64,000 bases of DNA from Diplonema japonicum (taxonomy: Eukaryota; Protista; Euglenozoa: Diplonemea), in the NCBI GenBank assembly GCA_964019335.1, contig OZ025752.1, positions 1 through 64,000 on the forward strand. Direction: 5' to 3'. How positions within the stretch are numbered: position 1 is the stretch's first letter; every line of letters starts with the position of its first letter. The notes under the pieces are model-generated. The model was not told the origin of the DNA and ran no database searches. It saw nothing but the letters and a program-made list of their open reading frames with translations. Of the stretch, positions 33,318-44,748 are shown piece after piece. A program made the position numbers and the translations under genes.

Positions 33318-34607
33318 ATGCAAAAAAGCGAAGGACCATCCGCAGTAGCGCTGCAGGCAAGGCTCCCCACCTCTGAGACCATCAGCATTGAAGCAGAGGC
33401 TTCAGAGGAGATGAAGAATGTGAAGCAGAGGATCGCATCGTTGGGAGGGTTGAACGTGGACAGCTTCACCCTCACCTTTGATGGCGAAGTGGTCGGTGAA
33501 GACAGCGATGGACGGCTACTCGAAAATCTTCCTTTCGGCGATGGAAGCATGTTTGAGGTGGTGGTGAGCAAAAAGCAAGCGGCACTGCACAAACTTTCTG
33601 AAATGGGGGCCGAAGTGAAAGGAGAAAACCTGTGCGAGATGCTCACATGTTTTAAAAAAGAAGGTGGACCAAGGGCCTTCTCCTGGGTGCTCGAGGGCAG
33701 CGAAATAGAAGAAGAGAAGCTCTGCGAGATTGTGAACCTCCTCCTGGACGCTGGGGTGAGCGGTGGGGAGGAGGAAGCCTTGAGCCTGATGGCTCAACTC
33801 AGTCTTCCTTCCTGTGTGGAGGCCCTCTTAACACGCACTTCTGTGGACGTGAACTCAGCAGAGTCCCCTACTCATTTTGGTGATTATCTAGGTCAGGGCA
33901 CATATGTGAACCGGACAGCACTGCACCGTGCCACTGAGGAGGAGGTGGCGGCTGTCCTCCTGAGGCACAAGGCAGATGTGAACGTGAAGGATAGTATAGG
34001 CTTCCCTCTCCTCTATAGTGCTGCTAAAATGAAGCATCCTGGAGGCACACTTTCCATACTTCTGAAATACAACGCAGATGTGAAGGTGAGGAATGGGAGA
34101 GGAGCAACAGCACTCCATTTGGAGTCCGTCGCCCCGTCGGCGGTACACCTGCTTCTTGAACACAATGCAGACATCGAGGTAAAGGACCGCGATGGGAGAA
34201 CACCCCTTCTCCAGCATTGCATGGGAAGTGGTGATGCAGAAATTGTTCGCATTCTTCTCGACCACAATGCTGATGTGGGGGCAAAGGATAATGATGGGAA
34301 CACATGTCTCCACCATGCTGTCGGGCAGCATAGGCTTGAACTGATACCCTTGCTGCTGAGGCGAAACGCGGATTTAACGGAAAAGAACGATGAAGGGGCG
34401 ACGGCGCTCGACTTGATCTGCTCTGATGGAAGGGAGAGCACCAAAGCAATGCGGTACCTGTTGCAGGACCCGAATCTCGCTCACGATCTGGAGCTGTTTG
34501 AAGGAGGGACGGAACCGAGCGATGGCAGCAAGATTCCTATTCTTGAAATGATCGCAAAGCAATTAAAAACCATAGCCACCCAGAAGCATTTCGATAGATT
34601 CCGATGA
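33318..34607 (+). CDS. Ubiquitin-like domain plus ankyrin-repeat protein
   Basis: N-terminal Ubl-like VKQRIASL..LTFDG..LLENL; repeated G.TPL/TALH...LL.H.ADV..KD. Confidence 0.9.
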   Translation: MQKSEGPSAVALQARLPTSETISIEAEASEEMKNVKQRIASLGGLNVDSFTLTFDGEVVGEDSDGRLLENLPFGDGSMFEVVVSKKQAALHKLSEMGAEVKGENLCEMLTCFKKEGGPRAFSWVLEGSEIEEEKLCEIVNLLLDAGVSGGEEEALSLMAQLSLPSCVEALLTRTSVDVNSAESPTHFGDYLGQGTYVNRTALHRATEEEVAAVLLRHKADVNVKDSIGFPLLYSAAKMKHPGGTLSILLKYNADVKVRNGRGATALHLESVAPSAVHLLLEHNADIEVKDRDGRTPLLQHCMGSGDAEIVRILLDHNADVGAKDNDGNTCLHHAVGQHRLELIPLLLRRNADLTEKNDEGATALDLICSDGRESTKAMRYLLQDPNLAHDLELFEGGTEPSDGSKIPILEMIAKQLKTIATQKHFDRFR

Positions 34608-34857
34608 ATAATAAAATCGGATAAGCGGCCTGTCATTTAAGAGGGAAGAGTTTGTGGACCTGGTGCTCCCCCAGGGTTTCATATCACCCAACAAGGGTGG
34701 GGGACTGTAAAGGTGGTTTTCCCGGAAAATAGTTTCTCGGCAGTAGAAATAATATGCCCCCTCTAACCCCCCCCGCCCTCACCGTTGTGTTTTTTTTCCA
34801 AAAAACAGCGGTCTGGGTGGGAAATCTTTTTTTGTATCGTTGATGGATTTCCCCCCG

Positions 34858-34915
<58 letters not shown>

Positions 34916-34995
34916 TCTGCTATTATGACAAAAAAAAAAATCTTTTTTTAACCTTTTTTTAAAAATTATCAGAACAAATAGAGGGGGAAAAAAAA

Positions 34996-37610
34996 ATGCC
35001 AAGCATCAAGGTTCTAAACATCGCACTGGTGCTGTTGTGCATATTGATAACAGCTTTCTTGTGCACGTTCTTGGCGATCAGCAGCAGCGATGTAGCTTTG
35101 AAAGACACAAAGGAGTCACGTGACACCTCGGTCGACACTGCCTTTGCGGTGGGGGAAGAGAGCGTGAGGAACAGGACAGAAGAGTACTCCGACCTGCTCC
35201 TTAGCGGCACCGTCGACTTCGTGCAACAATTCCTGCTCCCCTTGAGGTTGATGGCCACCTCTGTGTCGCAGGAACTGATGGCAAATCCGTACGACGATGT
35301 CAAGCGCTGGGAGTTCCACAACCAGCCCAGGTACTACTGGGCGTACTACGCTATACGAGACAAGGGCAGCTCGGGGTTGAGTTTATACATGGAAAACAGA
35401 CTGTATCTTACTTACTACGAAGACTCGCTCACAGCAGACAGAGGGCCAGATGAGTACCACCACTACATGACTTTCAAAAACCGTGGCGACGACAGCCCAG
35501 GAGGGGGGTACGAACAATCCAGCTCGGGCTCTGTAGTTCACCCAACAGGCGAGACATTCAACGGGTCCGTGCCACCGACGAGCCCTCCCTGTGCCAATGA
35601 TGCTGCGGCAACAAACGGTTCGTCGCTGGCTGAGCATTGCCGCGTGCCTCTTCCTTGGGGCGAGATACACACCACCAGCTTGTACACCCTCTCAGCTTTT
35701 GTCCCTGCAGGGTTGACTCTATGGACACCCCCCTTGCCGGTCAGCAGCTACCTCGTCGTCAGTGCCTACGCACCTCTTCACTTCAACGGGATCAAAAGGG
35801 GAACGGTGATTAGCTCGGCGGATCTGAGGCACGTCAGCAATTTTTTAAGAAAGATAGTAGTGGGTGGCCCCGTTGCCGGACACCCATCGCGAGGCCGTGT
35901 GTTTATCACCCTGAGGGAGAGCTGGCTTGACCCAACATCTGTCGGCACGTTTATTGGAGCGTCTAAAGGGAGGTATTGCGTTTCCTTTAGCGGGGGGGGG
36001 GGGAGAAAAAGAAAAAACCACACACACACACACAGTGTCCTCTTGGTAACTGGGGAAATAGGTGCACAGACTTCGACGGCGCTGCGTCCCATAAACAGCA
36101 GTGACGACATCATCAGACAGGTCGGGATCCTCACCACCGAGCAGCAAACAGACTTTGAAGGGGTGGCGATGAACAAGAGCACCGTTACCTTAAATATCAC
36201 GACGGAGTACGCACCCCAGGGGGAGGACTTTTTCTTCAGGTAGGCGGGAAACAAAAACAAAAAACAAAAAGAGTGAGCAAGATAGTGGATGCGTATGGGA
36301 TCAACTGGTTCGTGAACATCCTGATCGACAGGGAGTACATCTTGGGCAGCATCGACAGGAAAACCAGGGAGACGAAGGATGCGATCCGCGTGGCCGAAAA
36401 AAAGGTGGAAGACGATCTCAAGACAGCGCGCACCATTTTGTACACCTGCGTCGTTGCAGTGGCGGTGGTTCTAATTCTGATATCCGTAGTTTTTGTTCTG
36501 GGCATCATTAAACCGCTTCTCGCACTGGAACGCGACATGGCGATGGTGGCGGTCATGAAGCTCGAGCACGTCGATAGAGAGCAACAGCTGAGCTCGCTGG
36601 AAGAGGTACGGCTCATGCAAGGCAGCTTTCTCCAGATGATGACCAATCTGATCGAGTACCGGAACTACATGCCCGCCTCCGTCCTACAAGACGAGGACAG
36701 CGAGAGCGACGAAGATTCAAAAACAGAGAGCAGGAAGAAATCCTCAAATGCATCGTCAGCAGTGTCCCAGTCAATGAGGTCACAGTCCACCCGGAGGGTC
36801 GCCGCAAAACAAACCGCCATCAGCGGAACGGAAGCGAGGCAAAAACGTGTCACGCTGCTCGTCTGCAACGTCGTCAAGTTCCTCGACTCCGTGAAGGACG
36901 TATCTGCGATCCCCGACAACATTTCACGGTACCTCACAATGACGCTTCTCCATATAAAATCGACGAAGGGGATTCCTGACAGTTTCAGCGGCGACAGATT
37001 GTACGTCTCCTGGAATGGTGTCCGGCCGTGTTCATCACACAAATCTGCGGCTTACCTCTGCGCCACGCACATCACGAAGGACACGTCTTTGGGGAGGCAG
37101 TACTCAGTTGGGATAGTGTCAGGCGACATCAAATGCGGGAACATGGGCTGCGACGGGATGAAAAAATTCACGTTCATCGGTTCGCTTTCGTCTTGGATCC
37201 ACATTGTCGAACGGGTGGGCAGGGGGTTGGGCTCCACGATCACCATCGACCAGGCGGCTTCCGATGAAATCGTCAACATCGCGTACGTGAGGTTCCTGCA
37301 GCATGTCACGTTCCGGAAGCATTCTCCAAAGGTTCTCATACTGCATCAGACAATGAAGAGCAAAGATGTGGCCGAGGAGGAATGGATGTACCAGCTTGAA
37401 GAAGGGGCGAATAACGACCCTAACAAACACTACAATGCGAGCTACGTGCATTTCATGGCGGGGGAAATTGCCGCTGCCAAAGAGGAACTGGGAAAGGGGA
37501 ATGACGATGACAGCATTGTCATGAAGAATTACAGGGAGAAGCTGAACCGAGCTGTCAGCGATCCGAGCGTGTGCGAGCCTTACGGGTCGGTCGAAGCGCT
37601 GTTGAGCTAG
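34996..37610 (+). CDS. Receptor-type adenylate/guanylate cyclase-like protein (2 TM helices, extracellular sensor, degenerate class III cyclase); introns 35973-36035 and 36240-36271
   Basis: TM1 near N-terminus; TM2 followed by HAMP-like IKPL..L..DM..VA.M.L; EYRNYMP; FSGDRLYVSWN; CGNMGC; EEWMYQL; GT-AG splice 36240-36271 joins the two track ORFs in frame. Confidence 0.85.
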
Positions 37611-37646
37611 TTTTCTCTCGCCAAAAACCCCCCCCTCCCCTCCCCT

Positions 37647-37817
37647 CAGGCATAGTTGTGAAACGAATCGGTTTCCACACATTTTCGCATTTTCAGTCAC
37701 CTTACTTCTTACGTGTAACTTCGCTGTCGATGAGTCCCCATGGCGGACGTGGGAGTCGCAGGGCATCATTTTCCCGTTTCCCGCAGTGAAATATCCGATT
37801 CGTCATTACTGTGCCTA
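37647..37817. mobile_element. Small MITE-like element
   Basis: Imperfect TIR: CAGGCATAGTTGTGAAACGAATCGG versus CCGATTCGTCATTACTGTGCCTA. Confidence 0.45.
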
Positions 37818-39398
37818 GGTGGGGGGGGGGGGGGGGGGGGGGTAACGGAAACGGAAACGTTTCCCTGTTTCTTGCCAGCATAGCCCAGGGGGTGGGTGAA
37901 AAAGAAGGTTTTTTCAAAAAAGATTTTCGAGGTTAAATAAAAGAGTTCCCCCCCCCCCCCCCCCCCCACACACACACACAGATATTTATCTTTCAAAAAA
38001 AAGTTGCCAATAAATAATGAGTTATTGTTCGAGCCCGAATTTTTGCAACGAGGGCCCTTCGGTTGTTTCCAACCAATTTCCCTCCTCCTCTCCCCCCCTT
38101 TTTTTTGTCACTGCAATCCATATAGGGGATATGTTGCTATAACATGACTGACTCCCGTTGGTGGTTTCCACTGCCGAAATTTTGTTCTTTCCCAAATCTA
38201 GCTCCTTTTTTCCCCTCTCTTTGTTTTCTTTCTTTCGTTCTAAAGCCGTACACGTGGGGAAACCTGGACGGGGGTGGAGAGCCCACCCTACGCGTGGCGC
38301 CAGTTAGCATCGCCCTCAACGGAGAGTCCCTGCCATCCCATTACATCGAACAAGGAGGTGGCTTCACCAGGTCAGGCAAGTAGCCTCCCCGTGGCATCGT
38401 GCCAGTGAAGCAAGCCTCCCACAACTCTCCAGTTGGTGTTTAATTGCTTCTGTGGCCCCTCTCCCTATTTCAATTTCCAAGCTTTCTTTACCTCTCCACT
38501 TTTACTTTCTACGGGACCACAGGGGACTTGTGAGGCTTCGGGGCGAAGTTTCACAAGGGTGGCCGCTGTGCACTAAAATCGAGACAACTTTTTTTTTTTT
38601 TTTGTTTCCAAGGGGCGCAACGGAGGCTGCGAAGCAACAGGCGGCAGTCGTGCAGTCCTCAGGTGGCTGAAAGCCTAAGATGGTACGCAGGCAGGAAGTT
38701 GACGTCCGTGCTCGCAGTAGACTATGAGCAGGCCACCCGACAGTCCTTGGACCCCTCGACGACCAGGATTGGCTCACAGAGAAGGCTGGAAGGATGCGAT
38801 ACATCTTAGGACGTATTCAGAAGTGCACAGCAACGAGTGGGAAGAATGCTTTCCCCACCAACGCAAAGACAAGGGTACACACCCTTCGACATCTTGGGGG
38901 CCCGACGACACACAGCTACGACAGGACACCACTCTTCTCCTCGAGCCAAACCGCCCCTTACCTAGCACGACTCCAAGCAATGTTTCTCGCCCAGATGCCG
39001 TCCATCTCATCGCAACAAACAGCCACCGCAGGCACCAGACAGCAACTGCAGAACGGTGACCGATTAGTGTATTTCTCCCTGAACGGTGAGCACCCACCCG
39101 CACACCGAAATTTATCAAATTTTGTTTGTTTCAACAACATTATTCGAGACTAAAAACTAGTTAATGGCAGGTGTAATGAGCTATTTTATAAGGTGAGCTC
39201 AGACAAACGAAGTACCAAACTAGGTTTCCCCCCTTCTTCCTCTCTCCCTTTTGTATTATTACAACATGGGTCGGTAAGTTTTTATGGCAGTCCCACAACC
39301 GACCCCCCTTTTTTTTTCAGTTTCACAAACCACAGAAGGGGGGGGGACAGGAAAGGATAAAAAAAAGAAAAACAAAATAAGAAAAAAAGTCACGCACA

Positions 39399-41777
39399 AT
39401 GTTCCGCCGAACAGTCAGCCTTCTTCACAACTCTAAGTTCCCCAAAGCAGGGGGTGGGAGCATCGTGTGGCTGGCACCCTGCGCCAAGAGCTTCAAGAAG
39501 GACACACACCAGCAGCCTTCAATTGTATTCTCCGAGGGGAACAAAGTCGAGCCTTCTGTCTTCACCCTCCCGGATGACCCGACGGTGATTGTCGTCTCTG
39601 CACAGAAGGTGGATGCAGAGTTCTTCCAAGCGTGGCGGAAGAGGCTCCCGTCTGCTAAGCAGTTGACACTCATAAGGCGTGGCACGAGTCTCGGCTCCAT
39701 CGATATGAAGGCAGCTGCAGAGCATGACATCGAAGTCATCGCCACCCCCGGCATCAACAGCCCGCACGTTGCGCAGTATGTTGTTGAGACGCTTGACCTC
39801 AAGAGCGCTGTGGAGCAAAATGAAAAGATCAAGGCCGTTGTGATCGGGTTCGGAACGGTCGGGAGGTGCGTCGTGGATCTGATGAACGGGATGGGCGTCC
39901 GCCCCAGTGTCCTCACAAACTCGAGCATGCTTCCCGATGGTGATCTTTCGTCACTCCAAGCTGAAAAGTACAACCTCTCAGAGAGCAGCGCCACGCTGTG
40001 CTCATCGCTGGGCGATGCTTTGGACGGTGCGACACACGTTGCTGTGTGCTGTCCCTCTCCTGCGGACGGGAAGCCCCTCCTCACCGTGGAACACATCGAG
40101 CAGCTCCTCTCTGAGAAGAGACCTGGCATCCGCATATGTTGCATCGCACGACCAGACGTTTTCAGCACCGATGCCATTGTGCGCTTCGTGTCCTCCACTG
40201 GACATGACATGAAGCTGCAGTGCACGTTTGACTACGGCGACGCTGTGCTTGCTCCCGTGCGTGATGCGGTCAATGCGAAGGTTTCCGATGAAGCGAGGGC
40301 GGTCGTGCAGGAGCGTCTGGCGTGGACGACGAAGGCGATGCACTCCGAGGGCTGCAAGCAGGACATGGACGAAGCAGTCCTGCGCATCTTGAACCCTGAC
40401 CTCCCGAATTTTATCACAATAATTCGCGGTGGTGCTGGTGCGGAAGCCTCCCCGGACACCCGCAGCACGCTTGGTGTTCTGGGCGGACCCTCAGCCTGGA
40501 TGCAAGCGTTTCTCCACCTCAAGGATAATCACGCGCACAAAGTAATCTACTACCGACCCGAAGGGGGGAAAGCTATATGGGAATCGAGCGGCCGGCAGAT
40601 CAGCCTTCGCGAAAAGGTCACGAAGTTCACGCCACTGCTGACGGGCCCCAAGAACCTCGAGGTGTCGCCTGACGATGACAAGATGCAGCTTCTCGGCAAC
40701 CTCGTTCGAATGGGAACGAGCTTCCTGTACGAACGCTACTGTGACGCGCCACACGACGCGGTGCTGCAACAGGTCGAGACGTCGATCGCAAGATACAGAG
40801 AGTTGAACACCTACCTGGCGAGCGTGGGGGAGAAACCGATATGGATTGAGACGGGACGCTTAGTTATCGCAGGCAGTGTCGAACAAACCGATCTGTTCAA
40901 ATATGTTCGGGAATGGCGTGAGAAGAAAGGGCTGGTCGACACAGACAAGACACCCGCCGCAGAGGAATTTTTGAAGAAGCTGTCCGCTCCGGAAGGTGAG
41001 GTCCCGTTGCTGTTCAACAGCGGGTACGTCGGGTACCCCCTTGCTCACGGGGGGTTCATCACACCAGATGCGGAAGCTGTCGTGCACCGTGCACTAGCAC
41101 AGTTCGGTTCCCGCTTCCGCACTGTCAAGAGCAACGTCAAGAGTGTGACGGCACTGTCCGACTCGTATCTCATTTCGAGTGCAGATACAAGCGTCACGGA
41201 GGTGGGGAAGATCTACATGTCTCCAGGTGCGACCCACGTGGTTGAGGCCTCCTCGCAGGAGAGCAGCGGTTTCTCGCGTCTTTGCCCCCCGGTGGTCATC
41301 ACGGGTTTCTCTGCTGTGGTGCGCCAACGTATTTCACGCGACAGCCGTGCCAAGATCCTCTCTGCGTCGGGTTTGCGGGTTTGCAGTGCAAGCTTACGCG
41401 ACATCTTCACAACCCACCCAGCTGCGTTCATGACAGATGATTTCGAACTCACTCTCGAAAGCGTCGAGGAGGGAGGACAGGATTCGGTCATTCGCTGGAG
41501 GGTCACCGGTGGTGCGACCATTAACAGCACGGTGTGTAAGCTTGACCCCGAAGCCGCGATTTTAGTCCCTGTCCGGCGCTTCTTAGCCGGTGGGGACGAG
41601 AACGTCACCGTCGAGACTCGCAGCAGTGACACCCTTGGGGGTTACACACACTGCTCTCGTCAGTGCGGACCGCAGTTCTCTGAACAGATCGTGCCTTGGG
41701 GCGTGCGTGGCCGCATCGCTTTGTCGTGGGGCCACTGGGGAGTCACCTTGGCCGGGCAGAACATGTGGGACATCTAA
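39399..41777 (+). CDS. D-2-hydroxyacid dehydrogenase-like / FAD-dependent oxidoreductase-like fusion, probably mitochondrial
   Basis: MFRRTVSLL presequence; LIRRGTSLGSIDMKAAAEHDIEVIATPGINSPHVAQY; VIGFGTVG; second half LGVLGGPSA...GHWGVTLA. Confidence 0.75.
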   Translation: MFRRTVSLLHNSKFPKAGGGSIVWLAPCAKSFKKDTHQQPSIVFSEGNKVEPSVFTLPDDPTVIVVSAQKVDAEFFQAWRKRLPSAKQLTLIRRGTSLGSIDMKAAAEHDIEVIATPGINSPHVAQYVVETLDLKSAVEQNEKIKAVVIGFGTVGRCVVDLMNGMGVRPSVLTNSSMLPDGDLSSLQAEKYNLSESSATLCSSLGDALDGATHVAVCCPSPADGKPLLTVEHIEQLLSEKRPGIRICCIARPDVFSTDAIVRFVSSTGHDMKLQCTFDYGDAVLAPVRDAVNAKVSDEARAVVQERLAWTTKAMHSEGCKQDMDEAVLRILNPDLPNFITIIRGGAGAEASPDTRSTLGVLGGPSAWMQAFLHLKDNHAHKVIYYRPEGGKAIWESSGRQISLREKVTKFTPLLTGPKNLEVSPDDDKMQLLGNLVRMGTSFLYERYCDAPHDAVLQQVETSIARYRELNTYLASVGEKPIWIETGRLVIAGSVEQTDLFKYVREWREKKGLVDTDKTPAAEEFLKKLSAPEGEVPLLFNSGYVGYPLAHGGFITPDAEAVVHRALAQFGSRFRTVKSNVKSVTALSDSYLISSADTSVTEVGKIYMSPGATHVVEASSQESSGFSRLCPPVVITGFSAVVRQRISRDSRAKILSASGLRVCSASLRDIFTTHPAAFMTDDFELTLESVEEGGQDSVIRWRVTGGATINSTVCKLDPEAAILVPVRRFLAGGDENVTVETRSSDTLGGYTHCSRQCGPQFSEQIVPWGVRGRIALSWGHWGVTLAGQNMWDI

Positions 41778-42626
41778 ACAAGTCGTTAAACTGCCGACGC
41801 TTCTGGCGAGCAGACAGTTTTTTCTCCCACTGCGTTCTGCTATTTTCACTATTCTTTCCGGCAATAGACTGAAAGCACCTCTGCTTAATTCCTGGTACGT
41901 GGGAAGCTCCTCTTGGGGATGTCAGTCACTTTTATTCTTTTATGCCTTTGTTTCTTGAAGTCGACAAGAAAAAGCGGCGAGGGTCAAGCGGATACGCTGC
42001 AGGCGACATGGCTGAGGGAGAAAAGGAGGCGCGCTTTTCTGGCGCAGTCATGCAAGAAGGTGAGAACACTACGATCCATTGGCCGCGACCACGTCGTTGG
42101 CTTTGATAGAAGGGCATTGTTGCATCGGGGCTGACAGCGACCACACTGAGATAAACGTCGGCTAGGCAGTAGGGTGAGTAGCAGGGAACGACCCCAAAAG
42201 GGGAGCATCATAAGGTAGGCACGGCACTGCGGTGGGCCGTTGCTAACCACTTCGTTCCTATCATGGTGAATTCTTTTTTATTCTAGTCTCTATTTTCGTA
42301 CAGTATTTATCCCTCTTCACCTGTTTTTTTTAATACTTTTTTCGCTTTTTATTCCCGCTTGCAATATCATTTTGAAGAAATCCCACCAGTGCCAAACTAT
42401 TCTTTTTTTTTTTTTTTTTTTTTTTTTTTTCAGTGAGCACCCCCATGCACACTGAAATTTTATCGAGTTTATTTTGTCTGTGCTTCAGGGGCTTTGTTGA
42501 AACAAAACTAGACCAGCTTTGGGGGTCTGTAGTTCTGGAGAAATAGTATCAAGGGGAAGATCATGTCTTCACTGTCACAATCACCAGATTGGTCTTTACA
42601 CCATTTTCTCGGCTGGTAATTCTCGT

Positions 42627-42844
42627 TTTCTCTCACTTGACTGAGGGAATAATGTAATTCAGCCCTCTTCGGCTGTCCCAAAGCAGAGCACGGGTTGGTG
42701 GGGGACCAGGGCTCCTCCTGCTTGCAGAAGCCTGGTCCTTTGCCCTCCCTATTTCCCCATGGTTTCCCTTCACCTTTTTTTCCCTTTTCTCAGGTGTTGC
42801 TCTCCATGGCGGCCCTGCTTGGTATTTTGAAAAAAAAAAAAAAA
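42627..42844 (+). mobile_element. Heavily 5'-truncated LINE copy (3' UTR plus A15) with 10-bp TSD TAATTCTCGT
   Basis: TSD at 42617-42626 and 42845-42854; nearly identical to 43954-44167. Confidence 0.9.
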
Positions 42845-42861
42845 TAATTCTCGTAGCCCGT

Positions 42862-44167
42862 ATAAAAGCGTGGCTGAGAGGAAGGTCGCGTGCGAGATAC
42901 AACAGCGACTCCCCCGGCCACCACCGCCTCGTCACCGGTGGCGAATGTCTCTCTCTCCCACCACTCAGTAGGAGGGATGAGGTCCTGATCATTCGGCTCC
43001 GGACCGGACACACGCCTTTGATGAGGGGGTACCTCCAGCTCAAGGGACCCCTGAGGGCTGAGGGGAGTCATCACCTCACCTGCCCCGCCTGCAACGTTCA
43101 ATCACCGCTCGACGCTGATCACCTGCTGAGGGGCTGTCATTCTCTGGCTCCCACAGCTAAGTCCTTCTACGACACTGGGCTGCCGCTCCGCGCGCTGCTT
43201 TCCAAGCACTCCGCCGAGGTCTGCGCCTTCATCGAGGCCTCCGGGCTCTTATCATGGTCTGAGTGTGGGATCTTCCCCCCGGCCGACGCATAACATCCCT
43301 CGCCCACAACTACGCGGTGGCGACCGAGCTTCGGTCTGCGCACTTCCCCCTTGGCTTCCCCAGACAAGCTGAAACGGTCATCTCGCGGCTGCGGATTGGT
43401 CACTCGGCTCTCTTCTTCGGCTTCCTGCAGACTGCTGGCCCGAACAGGAAGCACAAGGGTGTGCTCCGGTGCCCAGCCTGCCACGCAGCACCGATGTCCA
43501 GGGAGCATGTTGTCGGTGGGTGCCCTGTGATCGGGAGGGGGGCGATCGACACTCCTGCTGGTACTCCCTCCCTAGCCTTCTCTCTGTCGAGACGCGTGAC
43601 CCAGATCTACGACCTCATTGTTGAGTCTGGCCTGCTCGCCTGGTCACGCTCCGGACTGTTCACCTCGCCATCATCCCTGGCGTCTACAGACGTCACTGCA
43701 CCTTCAAACGTGCCGCCCCCTCCTCCGGTCTCTCTTGACGCCGGTCCCGCGGCCCCCGTGCTGCGCTAAGGGACCGCCCCACGTGTGTGTGTGAAATGAA
43801 TTGTTGTGTCTCCCCATTCTCTCTTCCTCTCCTTGTTTTCCCATTTCCCCTTTCCTTTTATGATTCGCTCAATAGGAGCAATACCTCCCTGGGGGGCTTT
43901 CCGCCGGAGGTTCCAGCCAAAGAAGGACATCCAGCTGGAAGGTAGGCCCCCGTTTTTCTCTCACTTGACTGAGGGAATAATGTAATTCAGCCCTCTTCGG
44001 CTGTCCCAAAGCAGAGCACGGGTTGGTGGGGGACCAGGGCTCCTCCTGCTTGCAGAAGCCTGGTCCATTGCCCTCCCTATTTCCCCATGGTTTCCCTTCA
44101 CCTTTTTTTCCCTTTTCTCAGGTGTTGCTCTCCATGGCGGCCCTGCATTGGTATTTAAAAAAAAAAA
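42862..44167 (+). mobile_element. 5'-truncated I/ingi-group LINE (two C-terminal RLR.GH..CPAC..H...C knuckles, 3' UTR, A11) with 11-bp TSD TCGTAGCCCGT
   Basis: IRLRTGHTPL..CPAC..DADHLLRGC and SRLRIGHSAL..CPAC..REHVVGGC; TSD at 42851-42861 and 44168-44178. Confidence 0.9.
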
Positions 44168-44172
44168 TCGTA

Positions 44173-44245
44173 GCCCGTGTAGCCCAATGGATAAGGCGTT
44201 TGCTTCCTAAGCAAAAGATTGTGGGTTCGATCCCCACCATGGGTG
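44173..44245 (+). tRNA. tRNA-Arg(CCT)
   Basis: 73-nt cloverleaf: acceptor GCCCGTG/CATGGGT, anticodon arm TTTGC-TTCCTAA-GCAAA, T arm GTGGG-TTCGATC-CCCAC; T-run downstream. Confidence 0.97.
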
Positions 44246-44539
44246 TTCTTTTCCCCCCAACGACTTTTCCTTTTTACTCTTGGTTTGAAGTGATGTCCTC
44301 GACTTGTTTCTCTGTAACAACGCAAATCAAACTTTCTTTCAGTTCCGTCGCCTTCAACCTCGAACTTTGTTTCCACCATCCACGGTAACTTGCAACTTAA
44401 GTGTTTTTCTCTTATTATTATTGGGGGAAAACACCTTTCACGGTAAGTAAATAACTTTTTTCCACCAAGTACTGTGAGCAGTATTTTCTCTAATTCACGG
44501 TGGAACGTGCAGGCTCAACCGGGGTTCGGAACCCATGGA

Positions 44540-44720
44540 AAGAACGTATTCTGGAAGCTTGCAAAAGCTATTTCGAAAGACAGCTTCAAGAAAGCCAGAG
44601 ACGAGGTGTTTTAACTTTGCATAAAGAAAGGTTGAGAACACTCAAATGGCAAGCCGTGCTCAAGTATTTATCGTGAGCCCTTGGAACTGGGCAGTCACAT
44701 GTTCCAGTTTGCACCTTCTC
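44540..44720 (+). pseudogene. Possible Mutator-like transposase fragment
   Basis: Short frame KNVFWKLAKAISKDSFKKARDEV resembles the MULE post-catalytic helix; interrupted by stops. Confidence 0.35.
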
Positions 44721-44748
44721 AAACGTACCTGATGCGAGGTTTCCGTGG

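Noticed and set aside
41369-41384. Two GGGTTTGC units inside the oxidoreductase CDS
   Set aside because: Only two units, in frame; could be chance
42624-44178. A single insertion with a giant ~230-bp target-site duplication
   Set aside because: The first copy has its own poly(A) and 10-bp TSD, so two independent insertions explain it better
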